A stretch of 64,000 bases of DNA from Bacteroidota bacterium (GTDB lineage Bacteria > Chloroflexota > Anaerolineae > Aggregatilineales > Phototrophicaceae): positions 112-64,111 of the forward strand of contig JAPUDW010000239.1 of the NCBI GenBank assembly GCA_027492915.1, given 5' to 3'. Positions 8,313 to 17,411 of the stretch are shown piece by piece. Within the stretch, counting starts at the first letter, position 1; every line of letters begins with the position of its first letter. Position numbers and translations under genes: made by a program. The notes beneath the pieces are model-generated. The model saw only the letters and a program-made list of their open reading frames with translations. It made no database searches and had not been told where the DNA came from.

Positions 8313-10823
8313 TTATGGTTGTGAACCTATTGTGAATGTTCCAACCAGCGCTATTCCGTCTACCGCACCCTCCACATTCGTCAGCACGGGGAAGCGTGTT
8401 AGGTCAGGATATGAATACCAACCCACAAATACGCGGTACTCGCCTGCCGGAAGGTCAGCCGGTAAGGCCAATGATACGGTTTCCACCCATTGGCTGCTTG
8501 CTGCCCGCGCACCAAGTGTATGGTCATCTCCCGCCACCTGATTGCCGTCTGCACCCAGCACCTTCACGAAGCGGATATCCTGTTCACCCCGCGCTTGGTC
8601 GAACTGCCACCATAACGTCAGGTCTAAAGCTCCAGCCGTGGTTTGGAGCAATGGCGCTGCATTCAACCGTAAGCCGTATTCGAACAATACCCCTCCATCC
8701 ATGCTGCTGGGGCGCACTGGCAAATCCGGTTCAATTTGAAGCAGTGGCGGTGGGCAATATAAGCCGATGCTAAAGCGGTCCGGGCAAGTCGGTTCTGCCT
8801 CAATGGTGATAATGTGATAACCTGCCGCATCCAATGGTACCACCACATCCGACAGGCGGTTCCCCGCAGGCCAGCGTGTTATTATTTGCCCATCTACCGC
8901 GAACGACAAGGCTCGATTGTTGCCCGCCGCGCGGATGTGCAGCGGTAGCCAGCCGCTTTCGCTTGCGTAAATAAAGCTGTGGAGCTGGTTCGTATAGCGG
9001 TCAGGCTGATCAAATGTATGGATGAACGCAGGCGGCTGCGTTCCATCATCTGGCACATCAAACAGCGCTACCTGCGTGTCCTCGTAATTCGGCTCACCCA
9101 ACATCTGTCGTGCATTTGCCAGCAGCTTGCCGTCTACATCATATTGCTTATGCACCACTACCACATCCGCCCCTGCCTCCCGCAGCAGCGCCGGATTCAG
9201 CGTCCGCTCAAGGATCGTCAGCTTGGCAGGGCTAACCGGTGTGCGCCGCGTCACCTGACCTGCGATAATCGGCTTTTCGTGGGCTGTTTGCAGCCACAAT
9301 GCATCCTTCGCCGCCAGCAGGTTATCCCACGGCACGTCAAACACTGCCCGTACATCCTCGCGCCCCGCTACATCATATACCGCCTGTGGAATGACTGCGT
9401 TATACGTCGGAAGCGAAGGGATTGGCACACCTTCACTTGGTTTTGACCAAAACGCCTGATAATCAAAGATGATGAGCGCCCCGATAATCACCGCCGCTAG
9501 CGTGAATTTCGACCGGTGATTTTCCCTCAATTTGAAACTTGAAACTTGAAACTTGTAACTGATCGCCGCCCAGCCGTAGCCCACCAGCACCGCCACCGCC
9601 AGCGCCAGTAGAAAGCCGAAGCGCCCCGGTGTCCGCGCGAGGCTGAACCCCGGCAGGTTGAACACCAGCGCATAGGGCAGCGTAAAATGGGTCTCGTATC
9701 CGCCGAATACACCGCTAATCGGCGTGTCAAAAACCTTGAGCAGCGGCCCCAGCGCCAACACCCACGCCACTGCGCTCACCAGCAGCCACCACCGCGCTGC
9801 TTTGGACTTCCACAGGCCAACCAGTGCCAGCAGCCCCGCGATGATGCCCATGTAGCCCGAACCTTCGATGATATTTACGCCCAAAACGCGGTGCGTGTAT
9901 TCCAACTGTCCGTACATCGGATGCTCGAACGATGGCGTAACAATGCCCAGCAGATCAAGGCTGTAATCCACGCCGCCGCCCTCACCGGTGTAGGCGCTCG
10001 TGCCGAAGGTGCTGCTGAACACCGGCAGCAGGAATAGGAGTATCAGACCCGCTCCCACCACGCACACCGCCACCAACCGCCCTAGCGCCCGCCAATCCCG
10101 CCGCACGATCACGGTGAGGCCGATCACTGCCACCAGCGGCAGCACCACGTAAATCAGTTGCAGCGTATGCCCCATTGCCGTCAAGAAGAAGAAGATAGTG
10201 CTGAGTACTGAGTACCGAGTACTGAGTTGAAGATTAAAAGGTAATCGCCTTACTGATTTTGCATTAACTTCTTGGCTTGAAACTTGAAACTTGAAACTTG
10301 TAACTTCTAACAAGCTCCACGCCAGCAGGGGCAGCGGCCACTGCACCAGCAACCCGCCGTGACCCCCTGCTAAATGGCCTTGAATAACCGGTGCGGTCAT
10401 GAAGGCCAGCCCACCAAGTAAGCCTGCCGTTCGCACCCCCGTTAGCCGCCACACCAGCCAGTACGCCGCCCAGCCGTTGAGCGCCAGCGTTAGCAGCACA
10501 AACAGATTATATGCGGCAGGCAGCGACATGAAGAAGGCGAACAACCAGCCGGGGAAGAATTGCAGCGGGTCTGACCACAGGATCACCCCTTGCATCCCAT
10601 CAGGGTAGCCCAGCAGTGGTTGGAAGATGAGCGGTTGGCCGGTTTGCAGCGCATGTTTCATCCACCAGATGTGGCGCGTCATCTCGTGCGCATCACCGAA
10701 CGGGTATCCGGCGAAGTGCGTACTCATTAAGGTAACTAGCGGCCACGTCATGACGACCGCCACCAGCAGGTAGAGGCCGTAAATCGCGAGGTTTAGGGGT
10801 AAAGCGCGTCGTAGGTTTTGCAT
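8313..10823 (-). CDS. Polytopic membrane protein, probable GT-C-fold glycosyltransferase (YfhO-like) with C-terminal extracellular domains
   Basis: Many TM segments, MTWPL, GD..E..W..WW, ARTPGRF, WLQTAHEKPIIAG; C-terminal LTLWW...LPAGEYRVFVGWY domain; start chosen at MQNL. Confidence 0.7.
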   Translation of the reverse strand: MQNLRRALPLNLAIYGLYLLVAVVMTWPLVTLMSTHFAGYPFGDAHEMTRHIWWMKHALQTGQPLIFQPLLGYPDGMQGVILWSDPLQFFPGWLFAFFMSLPAAYNLFVLLTLALNGWAAYWLVWRLTGVRTAGLLGGLAFMTAPVIQGHLAGGHGGLLVQWPLPLLAWSLLEVTSFKFQVSSQEVNAKSVRRLPFNLQLSTRYSVLSTIFFFLTAMGHTLQLIYVVLPLVAVIGLTVIVRRDWRALGRLVAVCVVGAGLILLFLLPVFSSTFGTSAYTGEGGGVDYSLDLLGIVTPSFEHPMYGQLEYTHRVLGVNIIEGSGYMGIIAGLLALVGLWKSKAARWWLLVSAVAWVLALGPLLKVFDTPISGVFGGYETHFTLPYALVFNLPGFSLARTPGRFGFLLALAVAVLVGYGWAAISYKFQVSSFKLRENHRSKFTLAAVIIGALIIFDYQAFWSKPSEGVPIPSLPTYNAVIPQAVYDVAGREDVRAVFDVPWDNLLAAKDALWLQTAHEKPIIAGQVTRRTPVSPAKLTILERTLNPALLREAGADVVVVHKQYDVDGKLLANARQMLGEPNYEDTQVALFDVPDDGTQPPAFIHTFDQPDRYTNQLHSFIYASESGWLPLHIRAAGNNRALSFAVDGQIITRWPAGNRLSDVVVPLDAAGYHIITIEAEPTCPDRFSIGLYCPPPLLQIEPDLPVRPSSMDGGVLFEYGLRLNAAPLLQTTAGALDLTLWWQFDQARGEQDIRFVKVLGADGNQVAGDDHTLGARAASSQWVETVSLALPADLPAGEYRVFVGWYSYPDLTRFPVLTNVEGAVDGIALVGTFTIGSQP
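9531..9560. repeat. (CTTGAAA)n heptamer repeat inside the CDS
   Basis: TTTGAAA CTTGAAA CTTGAAA CTTGTAA CT. Confidence 0.85.
10201..10305. repeat. (CTGAGTA)4 and (CTTGAAA)4 heptamer repeats inside the CDS
   Basis: CTGAGTA CTGAGTA CCGAGTA CTGAGTT at 10201-10228; CTTGAAA x3 plus CTTGTAACT at 10276-10305. Confidence 0.85.
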
Positions 10824-10958
10824 CCACCCATTGTACAAAGCCGCCCCAACCCCGCCAAGCGCCGACTAAGCTGCGCTTATTGAACACAGCTTTATTGACG
10901 CAGGATATTTTGTGTCTTATAGTAACGCTATCCTCAATTAGAGCCATAGCGCAGCTTT

Positions 10959-12263
10959 ATGCGCTTCAAAATGCCCACACAAAAATTCAAATGGATAGAT
11001 CGTGATACTGCCGCGAAGGATTTGCTGCTGGTTGCTTATCATGCGCCGCCATCGGTTGGCTCGCGCGCGTTAAGTCTTCTACGTTCAATCCGCTCAGCGA
11101 GCATCATCCCTGAGTTAACCGCTATTGCTCATGACGAAAGCCGTGATATATGGGAACGCCGTTATGCTTTACGTGCTATAAACGCTGTTCCGCGCGAGTT
11201 GGATATGTCTCAGATTGCCCAACGCATGGAGGAAGCATTTTTAAAACGTTCACAAGCCTATGAAAGGGGATCAGCAAGTAGGGGATATATCAGCGATATG
11301 AGCGCTGATTTTCTTGATGAAATTATCAGTATTGTGGATAAGCATCCAACCAATCGCACTTGGTTTTTAGATGTCCTAAATCGCGTCAATGAACCAATAA
11401 TCGTTCATGATTATGTAACGAATGCCTTGCACTACGAGTTATCAGACGATTTTCGCCGTCTCCTTTTTGATCTTCTAATCGCACAACTTGTTAAACAGCC
11501 TGATCTCTTGACGTTGGATACTGTTCGACCCCTTTACATCTATGGCAGGGCATTTTTAAATTCGCAGCTTAACCGCATAGTTGAGATGTGTCTGAGCAGC
11601 GAACAGGTTAGGGAATGGCTACCACTTGCTATAGCGTGGAATGAATTACGTGAGGCCTTAGTTGACCTAAAACCAGAAACGGAAACACGGATAACGTTAT
11701 TCAACCAAGAGTGGGACGCTAATCGAAATAATAGGGAACTTCGCAAGCAGCAGGAACTCCAATCTATTCAACAGAACCCAATCTATCAATTCCTATTTGA
11801 GTTGTATGAGGCCGCCCAACACGGCGACAAAACTACCTACGACAAGCTGAGAAGGATTGCAAACAAATGGGATGGTAATATCCCCTTACGTGCGGTTGCT
11901 ACCCATTTTATCGGCAAGCTGATGCCCAAATACGACTCGCTAAATGCATTACAGTATCTCTTGAAACATGCAGATGATAATTGGGGAGAGCCGCCCTATC
12001 ATTCGCCAATCCGTTTTGAGGCAGGTGAGGCGCTGATGCTGCATCCTTCGCTTGATGTATGGGAATCGCTGGTTGATGCCTTCTTCATCGACCCGCAAAA
12101 TATTCTGTCGAATTTCATGCAAAGCTGGATTGAACATGTGACGGATGCACTAAGCGGTGATCAACATGATTACAAAGGCAGTCGTTGGGGCGGAATTGAC
12201 AATCGCGGTTGGTTTTATGCCCTCAACGAACTCGATGTAACAATTGTCGATCAATACCGCTAA
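10959..12263 (+). CDS. Hypothetical alpha-helical (HEAT-repeat-like) protein, lower GC
   Basis: 434-aa ORF; repeats such as WERRYALRAI, LRAVATHFIG, IRFEAGEAL. Confidence 0.7.
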   Translation: MRFKMPTQKFKWIDRDTAAKDLLLVAYHAPPSVGSRALSLLRSIRSASIIPELTAIAHDESRDIWERRYALRAINAVPRELDMSQIAQRMEEAFLKRSQAYERGSASRGYISDMSADFLDEIISIVDKHPTNRTWFLDVLNRVNEPIIVHDYVTNALHYELSDDFRRLLFDLLIAQLVKQPDLLTLDTVRPLYIYGRAFLNSQLNRIVEMCLSSEQVREWLPLAIAWNELREALVDLKPETETRITLFNQEWDANRNNRELRKQQELQSIQQNPIYQFLFELYEAAQHGDKTTYDKLRRIANKWDGNIPLRAVATHFIGKLMPKYDSLNALQYLLKHADDNWGEPPYHSPIRFEAGEALMLHPSLDVWESLVDAFFIDPQNILSNFMQSWIEHVTDALSGDQHDYKGSRWGGIDNRGWFYALNELDVTIVDQYR

Positions 12264-12268
12264 GTACC

Positions 12269-13591
12269 TTACGTCAACCCCTTCAACCAAGACTTGCGCT
12301 TAGGGAACAGGGCTTCAAGCAGCACCGCGCCTTTGCCCGTCGCCCATACGTCCGGCAGCACTTCCCTGATCTCATCCGGTCGGTGCTGCCCGAACACCAC
12401 ATTCCAGAAGAGATGCCACGGGAAGGAGATGTCGTAGCCATCCTTCCCGCTGATCGGCTCGATGCCCGTAATCTTGCCGCGCTCGAAGGCAAAACGGATA
12501 CCCGTCAGATCGTAAAAGCCGATTTTGAGTTCGCCGGTGTAGCCCTGCGCCCCGCTGCCTTCCAACCGCTGTTCCAATACGGGCTGGATATGCTTGAGGA
12601 ACGGGATCATCTGCGGCACGCGGATGTACCACATATACTCGCGCTTAAGAACATGACCACTTTCCGAATATTCAATCAGCATATCAATGGCTTCGTGCAG
12701 CCCACAGCCAAAAATCACAAATGGCGGTGCCATGTTAAATGTGGTTTGCGCCCAATCTTTGATGCCACGCATCGTGTCCTCGAAGGTTTCGAGGTACGAG
12801 GACTCCGCGCCGACCACATACCCACTGCACCGTATTTCGTCATCGCCTTCGAGCAAGACGAACAACTCCAAGTAGCCGACACCTTGCCCCTGCGCGTCAA
12901 CAATAATCTGGTACTCGACACAGGTGAATGATGACCGGCTGCGCCCGAATGCCTCATAGCGCCAGACTTCCGGCGACTTTACTTCGGTGAGCAGCCGGTT
13001 CCGCGCCATCTCGCTGTGCCAGCGCATCATATTGGGGATGTCGTCCCCGGTCGCAGGTCGCAGCGTGAAAGCGGGTTGATAGTCCGGCTTGGGCGGTTTA
13101 ATCTTTGCCAGCGGGTAATAAGCATGTTCACCCAGATCAACCGCCATCGTGTAGCCGAACTGGCGGTAAAAGTAGGGGATGCCGGTAATCACCTGCACTT
13201 GATGACCGAGCGCCGCGCTGCGTTCATGTACCGCCTCGAACAGCGCTCGTACCAACCCGCGCCCGCGATATTCGGGATACGTAGCGACCAGTTCAGGCCG
13301 CCCGACACTGATTTCGATGTCCTCATAGCGCCACGTTTGCGGGATGAGTAGGGTAGCGGAAACCACACGGTTATCCTGCGCGGGGTCAACTATCACGAAG
13401 ATGTCATCCAGCGTAACGGTGGGGTGTCCGTCCATCAGGTCGCGTGTCCATGATCGTGCCCCTTCTTTAATCAGATCAGGGTCGTTTTCACAGTTCACAT
13501 CGGCGTAAATTTCCGGCAGACCCTCGCGGTCGCTGGCGTGGCCTTCGCTCAGGCTGCGCAGGATAAGGCCATCGGCAAGCTGTTTTTGCAT
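12269..13591 (-). CDS. GNAT family N-acetyltransferase (Eis-like architecture)
   Basis: VATYPEYRGRGLVRALF acetyl-CoA motif, GIPYFYRQFGY. Confidence 0.85.
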   Translation of the reverse strand: MQKQLADGLILRSLSEGHASDREGLPEIYADVNCENDPDLIKEGARSWTRDLMDGHPTVTLDDIFVIVDPAQDNRVVSATLLIPQTWRYEDIEISVGRPELVATYPEYRGRGLVRALFEAVHERSAALGHQVQVITGIPYFYRQFGYTMAVDLGEHAYYPLAKIKPPKPDYQPAFTLRPATGDDIPNMMRWHSEMARNRLLTEVKSPEVWRYEAFGRSRSSFTCVEYQIIVDAQGQGVGYLELFVLLEGDDEIRCSGYVVGAESSYLETFEDTMRGIKDWAQTTFNMAPPFVIFGCGLHEAIDMLIEYSESGHVLKREYMWYIRVPQMIPFLKHIQPVLEQRLEGSGAQGYTGELKIGFYDLTGIRFAFERGKITGIEPISGKDGYDISFPWHLFWNVVFGQHRPDEIREVLPDVWATGKGAVLLEALFPKRKSWLKGLT

Positions 13592-13661
13592 GGTGTACTC
13601 GCTTTTCGAGGGCAGGTATTATGAACCCTCGTGAACCATTTTACACCACACCTGTGTTTTG

Positions 13662-14252
13662 TCATACGATCAGCGGTACGAGTGACAGCACCAGAACCAG
13701 CGCTAAGGCGGTGTTAAATATACGCCGGACGCGAGGCACCTGTAGAAAGCGGGCAAACACCGAGCCGAAAACCGACCAGACTGATAGGCAGATGAACCCA
13801 ATCATGATCAGCAGTAGGGCGATGACCAGCACCTGACTTAGGATGTCGCTCTCCTCGTTGGTGTAGCTGGCGACGATGCTAATGGCACCGAACCACGCCT
13901 TCGGATTGGTCGTCTGGAAGATCAAGCCTTGGATGAACGACATGGCTTTAGCCCCCTCCGAATTTACATTCAGGCCGCTCGACCGTGCGATTTTCCACGC
14001 GAGGTACAGCAGGTAGCTGATGCTAATCACCTTGAGTACGGTATGGATGGCGGGGTAAGCGGTAAAGATTTGACTGAGGCCGACACCCATCGCCACGATC
14101 ATCAACGCCAAACCGCTGAGGAGGCCAAGAATGAGCGGAATGGTGCGCTGGTAGCCGAAGTTGATGGACGACACCAGCACCAGAATATTGCTGGGGCCGG
14201 GGCTGCCCGTCAGCGAGAATAAGAAAGGAACGAGGGTAATTAACATGCTCAT
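13662..14252 (-). CDS. LysE family translocator
   Basis: SPGPSNIL, YLLYLAWKI, FQTTNPKAW; start placed at MSML. Confidence 0.9.
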   Translation of the reverse strand: MSMLITLVPFLFSLTGSPGPSNILVLVSSINFGYQRTIPLILGLLSGLALMIVAMGVGLSQIFTAYPAIHTVLKVISISYLLYLAWKIARSSGLNVNSEGAKAMSFIQGLIFQTTNPKAWFGAISIVASYTNEESDILSQVLVIALLLIMIGFICLSVWSVFGSVFARFLQVPRVRRIFNTALALVLVLSLVPLIV

Positions 14253-14303
14253 GCCACCATAATTTTGCGCGGTCGATAGGCGCATTCTAGGGTGTGGGCA
14301 AGT

Positions 14304-14318
14304 ATCAGTCAAATTGAT
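14304..14318. promoter_or_regulatory. LysR-type binding box ATC-N9-GAT in the divergent promoter
   Basis: ATCAGTCAAATTGAT between the divergent lysE-like and lysR-like genes. Confidence 0.6.
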
Positions 14319-14355
14319 ATAATTGATGTTTAAATTCAATAGAATTGATAATCCC

Positions 14356-15219
14356 ATGAACCCACAAATCGACCCCGAACTCCTGCACTCGTTCATCGCC
14401 ATCGCTGATACCGGCAGCTTTCAGCGGGCGGCGAAACAGGTACACCGGACGCAATCCGCCGTGAGTATGCAAATTCAACGGCTGGAAAAAATCGTCGGCT
14501 GCTCCCTGTTCCTCCGCGAACGCCCGAACGTGCGCCTGACCGCGAAGGGCGAAACCCTACTGGGCTATGCTCGCCGCATCTTGCAGTTGCAGGATGAAGC
14601 GTGGGGTGTGCTTTCCGAGCCAGAGCCGACGGGTTCTGTTCGCTTCGGCATTCCCGATGATTACGCGCTGGGCATCCTGCCGCAAATCCTCGAACGTTTT
14701 GCCAGCTACTACCCGCAGATTGAGGTCGAGGTGCGCTGCGATACCACGCCGCATTTGATCGAGCTGGTGGACGAGGACGTGGTTGACCTCGCGCTGATTT
14801 CGCGTATCCCCGGCACGTCGATGGGGCGCTACGTGAAAAGTGAGCCGCTGGTTTGGGCGTGTTCACCGCTGCATGCGACCGCGACCCGCAATCCGGTTCC
14901 TCTGGCGCTGTTCCAAGAGGACTGTTTCGCGCGGCAGTATGCCATGACCGCGCTTTCCGGCGTGGGGCGACCGTACCGAATCGCGTTCAGCAGCCCGAAC
15001 CTCGCAGCACTGCTGGCGGTCGTCAAGACGGGACTCGCGGTGGCGGCGCTGCCCCGTTCAAGCGTAACAGCCAACCTGCAAATCCTGACTCCCGATGACG
15101 GCTTCCCTCGGCTGCCGGACATGGAGCTGGTGGTGATTCAACGCTCGAACCTGCATTCTCCCGCCGTAGATGCGCTGGCGGCTTGCATCTACCTTGAGGA
15201 AACCGACGCGCAGATGTGA
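14356..15219 (+). CDS. LysR family transcriptional regulator
   Basis: LLHSFIAIADTGSFQRAAKQVHRTQSAVSMQIQRLE; GIPDDYA substrate domain. Confidence 0.95.
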   Translation: MNPQIDPELLHSFIAIADTGSFQRAAKQVHRTQSAVSMQIQRLEKIVGCSLFLRERPNVRLTAKGETLLGYARRILQLQDEAWGVLSEPEPTGSVRFGIPDDYALGILPQILERFASYYPQIEVEVRCDTTPHLIELVDEDVVDLALISRIPGTSMGRYVKSEPLVWACSPLHATATRNPVPLALFQEDCFARQYAMTALSGVGRPYRIAFSSPNLAALLAVVKTGLAVAALPRSSVTANLQILTPDDGFPRLPDMELVVIQRSNLHSPAVDALAACIYLEETDAQM

Positions 15220-15233
15220 AAGCAATACGATTG

Positions 15234-15323
<90 letters not shown>

Positions 15324-15329
15324 CAAGGT

Positions 15330-15840
15330 TTATGGCGGCAGTGGCGGCGGCAGTAGAGTGTCAATTTGCGAAAAACTGCGAAAGCTGCAAATTCTGCAAA
15401 TGCGAGATGAGTTGTTTCGGCGGTATTGAGGGAGCCATTTGCTGAGTCTTCGCAAAATTCTTCAAATTCGTCATTTTCACAGTGCATTTTATGGCGAAAT
15501 TGTCGTCGAAGTCGTCCAAATCGGCGACGACATAAAGGGTTACAAACGCCATAAAAGTTGAAAATGTCTGAAATGTTGCAATTGTGAAAACGTTTTTTGT
15601 GTCGGAAATGTCGTCACAGTCGTCAGTGTCAGAGTTGTCAGTTGGCAAATTTGGCAGCAAAGGCGGCAATGGCAAATCTGGTTTTTGTGCCAAGTTTGCC
15701 ATTTTATTTGCAGCGGCGGATGGTTAGTTCGCTGCTGCAACGTTTGCTGCAAAAGGCAGTCTTTAGCCTACAGTTGTCAGTCCAATGCAAATGCACAATA
15801 TGCGGAACAAGCGGCAAAAGCGGCAGAGGCGGCGCGAAAT
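15330..15840. repeat. Non-coding mosaic of 9-bp-periodic blocks with nested inverted repeats
   Basis: Blocks such as TTCGCAAAA TTCTTCAAA TTCGTCATT; TGTCGGAAA TGTCGTCAC AGTCGTCAG; TGGCAAATT TGGCAGCAA AGGCGGCAA; AGCGGCAAA AGCGGCAGA. Confidence 0.7.
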
Positions 15841-15862
15841 AAGTTGTTAAGATGCATGTAGA

Positions 15863-15907
15863 CCCCCTCCGTCGCTGACGCGACACCTCCCCCGCAAGCG
15901 ATGGAGG
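15863..15907. repeat. CCCT-type REP-like palindrome; near-perfect reverse copy at 63145-63189
   Basis: Family members at ~19354-19393, 23490-23528, 29275-29311, 34110-34144, 60762-60831, 61855-61890, 61923-61999, 63367-63405. Confidence 0.8.
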
Positions 15908-16188
15908 CTTAATACAGTAAGATGGCGACAAATGAGGTTACGCTAGCAACAGGATAGCAGAGGTTGGGTGCGAAAAGGTTACCATTTGGAAGAACATTTG
16001 GTAGCTTTTAAGCGATGCTGACGCTAACCTTGCAGGGGAGCGCGGCGTGGAAAAGGTTGGGCGATGGTTAGGAAACGGTTTGCCGACAAACCTGATTCAA
16101 ATGTAAGAAATAATAAGTCGATAGATAAGGGCACAGAAAAATGCGATTGAACCGCCAAGTACGCCAAGATTAAGTCGGAGAGATAGAG

Positions 16189-16848
16189 ATGGAAAAAGTA
16201 GGCAGCGATACCTCAAGATCAGTTGTTAAAGCTTTAAAAATGATATTTGTGATCTTCGGGGCGATTATTATCCCCGTATTGATCTACACAGCACGTTCGC
16301 TCTTTACCCTCATTGCCGCTCGTCCTTTATATTATCTGTTTTCATTTACGATCAATGGATTGATTCTTTCCATTGCCCTCGCAATCGCTGCGGCTGTTAT
16401 CTATACATTATTGTGGTGGTGCGGGGTAATAAAACCCTCGTCCGTCAGAGGGATTAATCTATTTCTTGCCATCGTTTGTGCAAGTGTCATCGCCTATTTT
16501 GCGCCTGTAATACCCACGTTAGAGGCGCGATATTTCTACGAACATCGAGACGAATTTGACCATCAAGCAGCTTTAATGCGACAAGATCCGAATCATCCTG
16601 ACCTTCGAAAACCCGGTCGTTTCGGTCCCTACACCGTGGGGGTATATATCCCTCGTTCGTCGAATGCAATTGTTTTTAGTTATTATGCTAACGATTTTAA
16701 AAGTGAATATGCCTACGTTTACACCGAAAACTATGCTGATTTAAATGTGATTATTACCTGCGCCGCTACCGATGGCTCGGGCGGTATTGGAGAAATCTAT
16801 GCTACCCTCAGCCCGAACTGGTATTTGTGCTATCGTACCGCGATATAA
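16189..16848 (+). CDS. Hypothetical membrane protein, low GC
   Basis: 219 aa, three N-terminal TM helices, soluble C-terminal domain ending LSPNWY; GGAG upstream. Confidence 0.75.
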   Translation: MEKVGSDTSRSVVKALKMIFVIFGAIIIPVLIYTARSLFTLIAARPLYYLFSFTINGLILSIALAIAAAVIYTLLWWCGVIKPSSVRGINLFLAIVCASVIAYFAPVIPTLEARYFYEHRDEFDHQAALMRQDPNHPDLRKPGRFGPYTVGVYIPRSSNAIVFSYYANDFKSEYAYVYTENYADLNVIITCAATDGSGGIGEIYATLSPNWYLCYRTAI

Positions 16849-17003
16849 TTATGACAACACGGAAAATAATAAGTCGATAGTTGGTAGTCGGTAGATAAAG
16901 GCAAAGATATTTTTACCACAAAGGCACAAAGAACACAGAGATTAAGGCGGAGGAATTTGGCACAAGCCGCTCGACCAGCCAATAGTAAACAGGGCAAATT
17001 CAG

Positions 17004-17273
17004 ATGATAGATTGGTTTGCTATCGGATTTGGGCTTTTAGGAATAGTCAACATTTTAAGTGGTTGCTATGAGTGGAAGTGGTGGTGGCGATTAGCTAGAG
17101 GGTTTTATTTACCTGAGCTTGTTGGCTTGAGAACCACACGTTTGATTTATATGAGTGTCGGCGGTGTAATGCTGGCAATTGGAACAGCCCTCTTTCTACA
17201 GAATTTATTTCACAGCACATCCATCATCTATTGGGTGATTGGTGTTATGGCATCCAGTATGTTACCGTTTTGA
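17004..17273 (+). CDS. Small membrane protein resembling the Imm17 immunity family, possibly frameshifted at the 3' end
   Basis: G....L.G...W.WW......L.ELVG...R.IY..VG pattern. Confidence 0.55.
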   Translation: MIDWFAIGFGLLGIVNILSGCYEWKWWWRLARGFYLPELVGLRTTRLIYMSVGGVMLAIGTALFLQNLFHSTSIIYWVIGVMASSMLPF

Positions 17274-17375
17274 TGTACAACGCGCGGGAAAATCAATCGT
17301 TCTCTGATCTTTTTAATAGCAATAGTGATCAAGAAAAAAAGCTTTAGGTGTATTTGATACTTATTAGCATAGGAA

Positions 17376-17399
17376 GGAGGGTCACAGACCCTCCCTACG
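17376..17399 (-). repeat. GTAG-type REP-like palindrome
   Basis: GTAGGG plus short hairpin; other copies at ~33282-33314, 45968-45994, 47053-47075, 47892-47918, 47947-47972, 60648-60696, 61633-61760. Confidence 0.75.
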
Positions 17400-17411
17400 A
17401 AGGCGGCGGGG

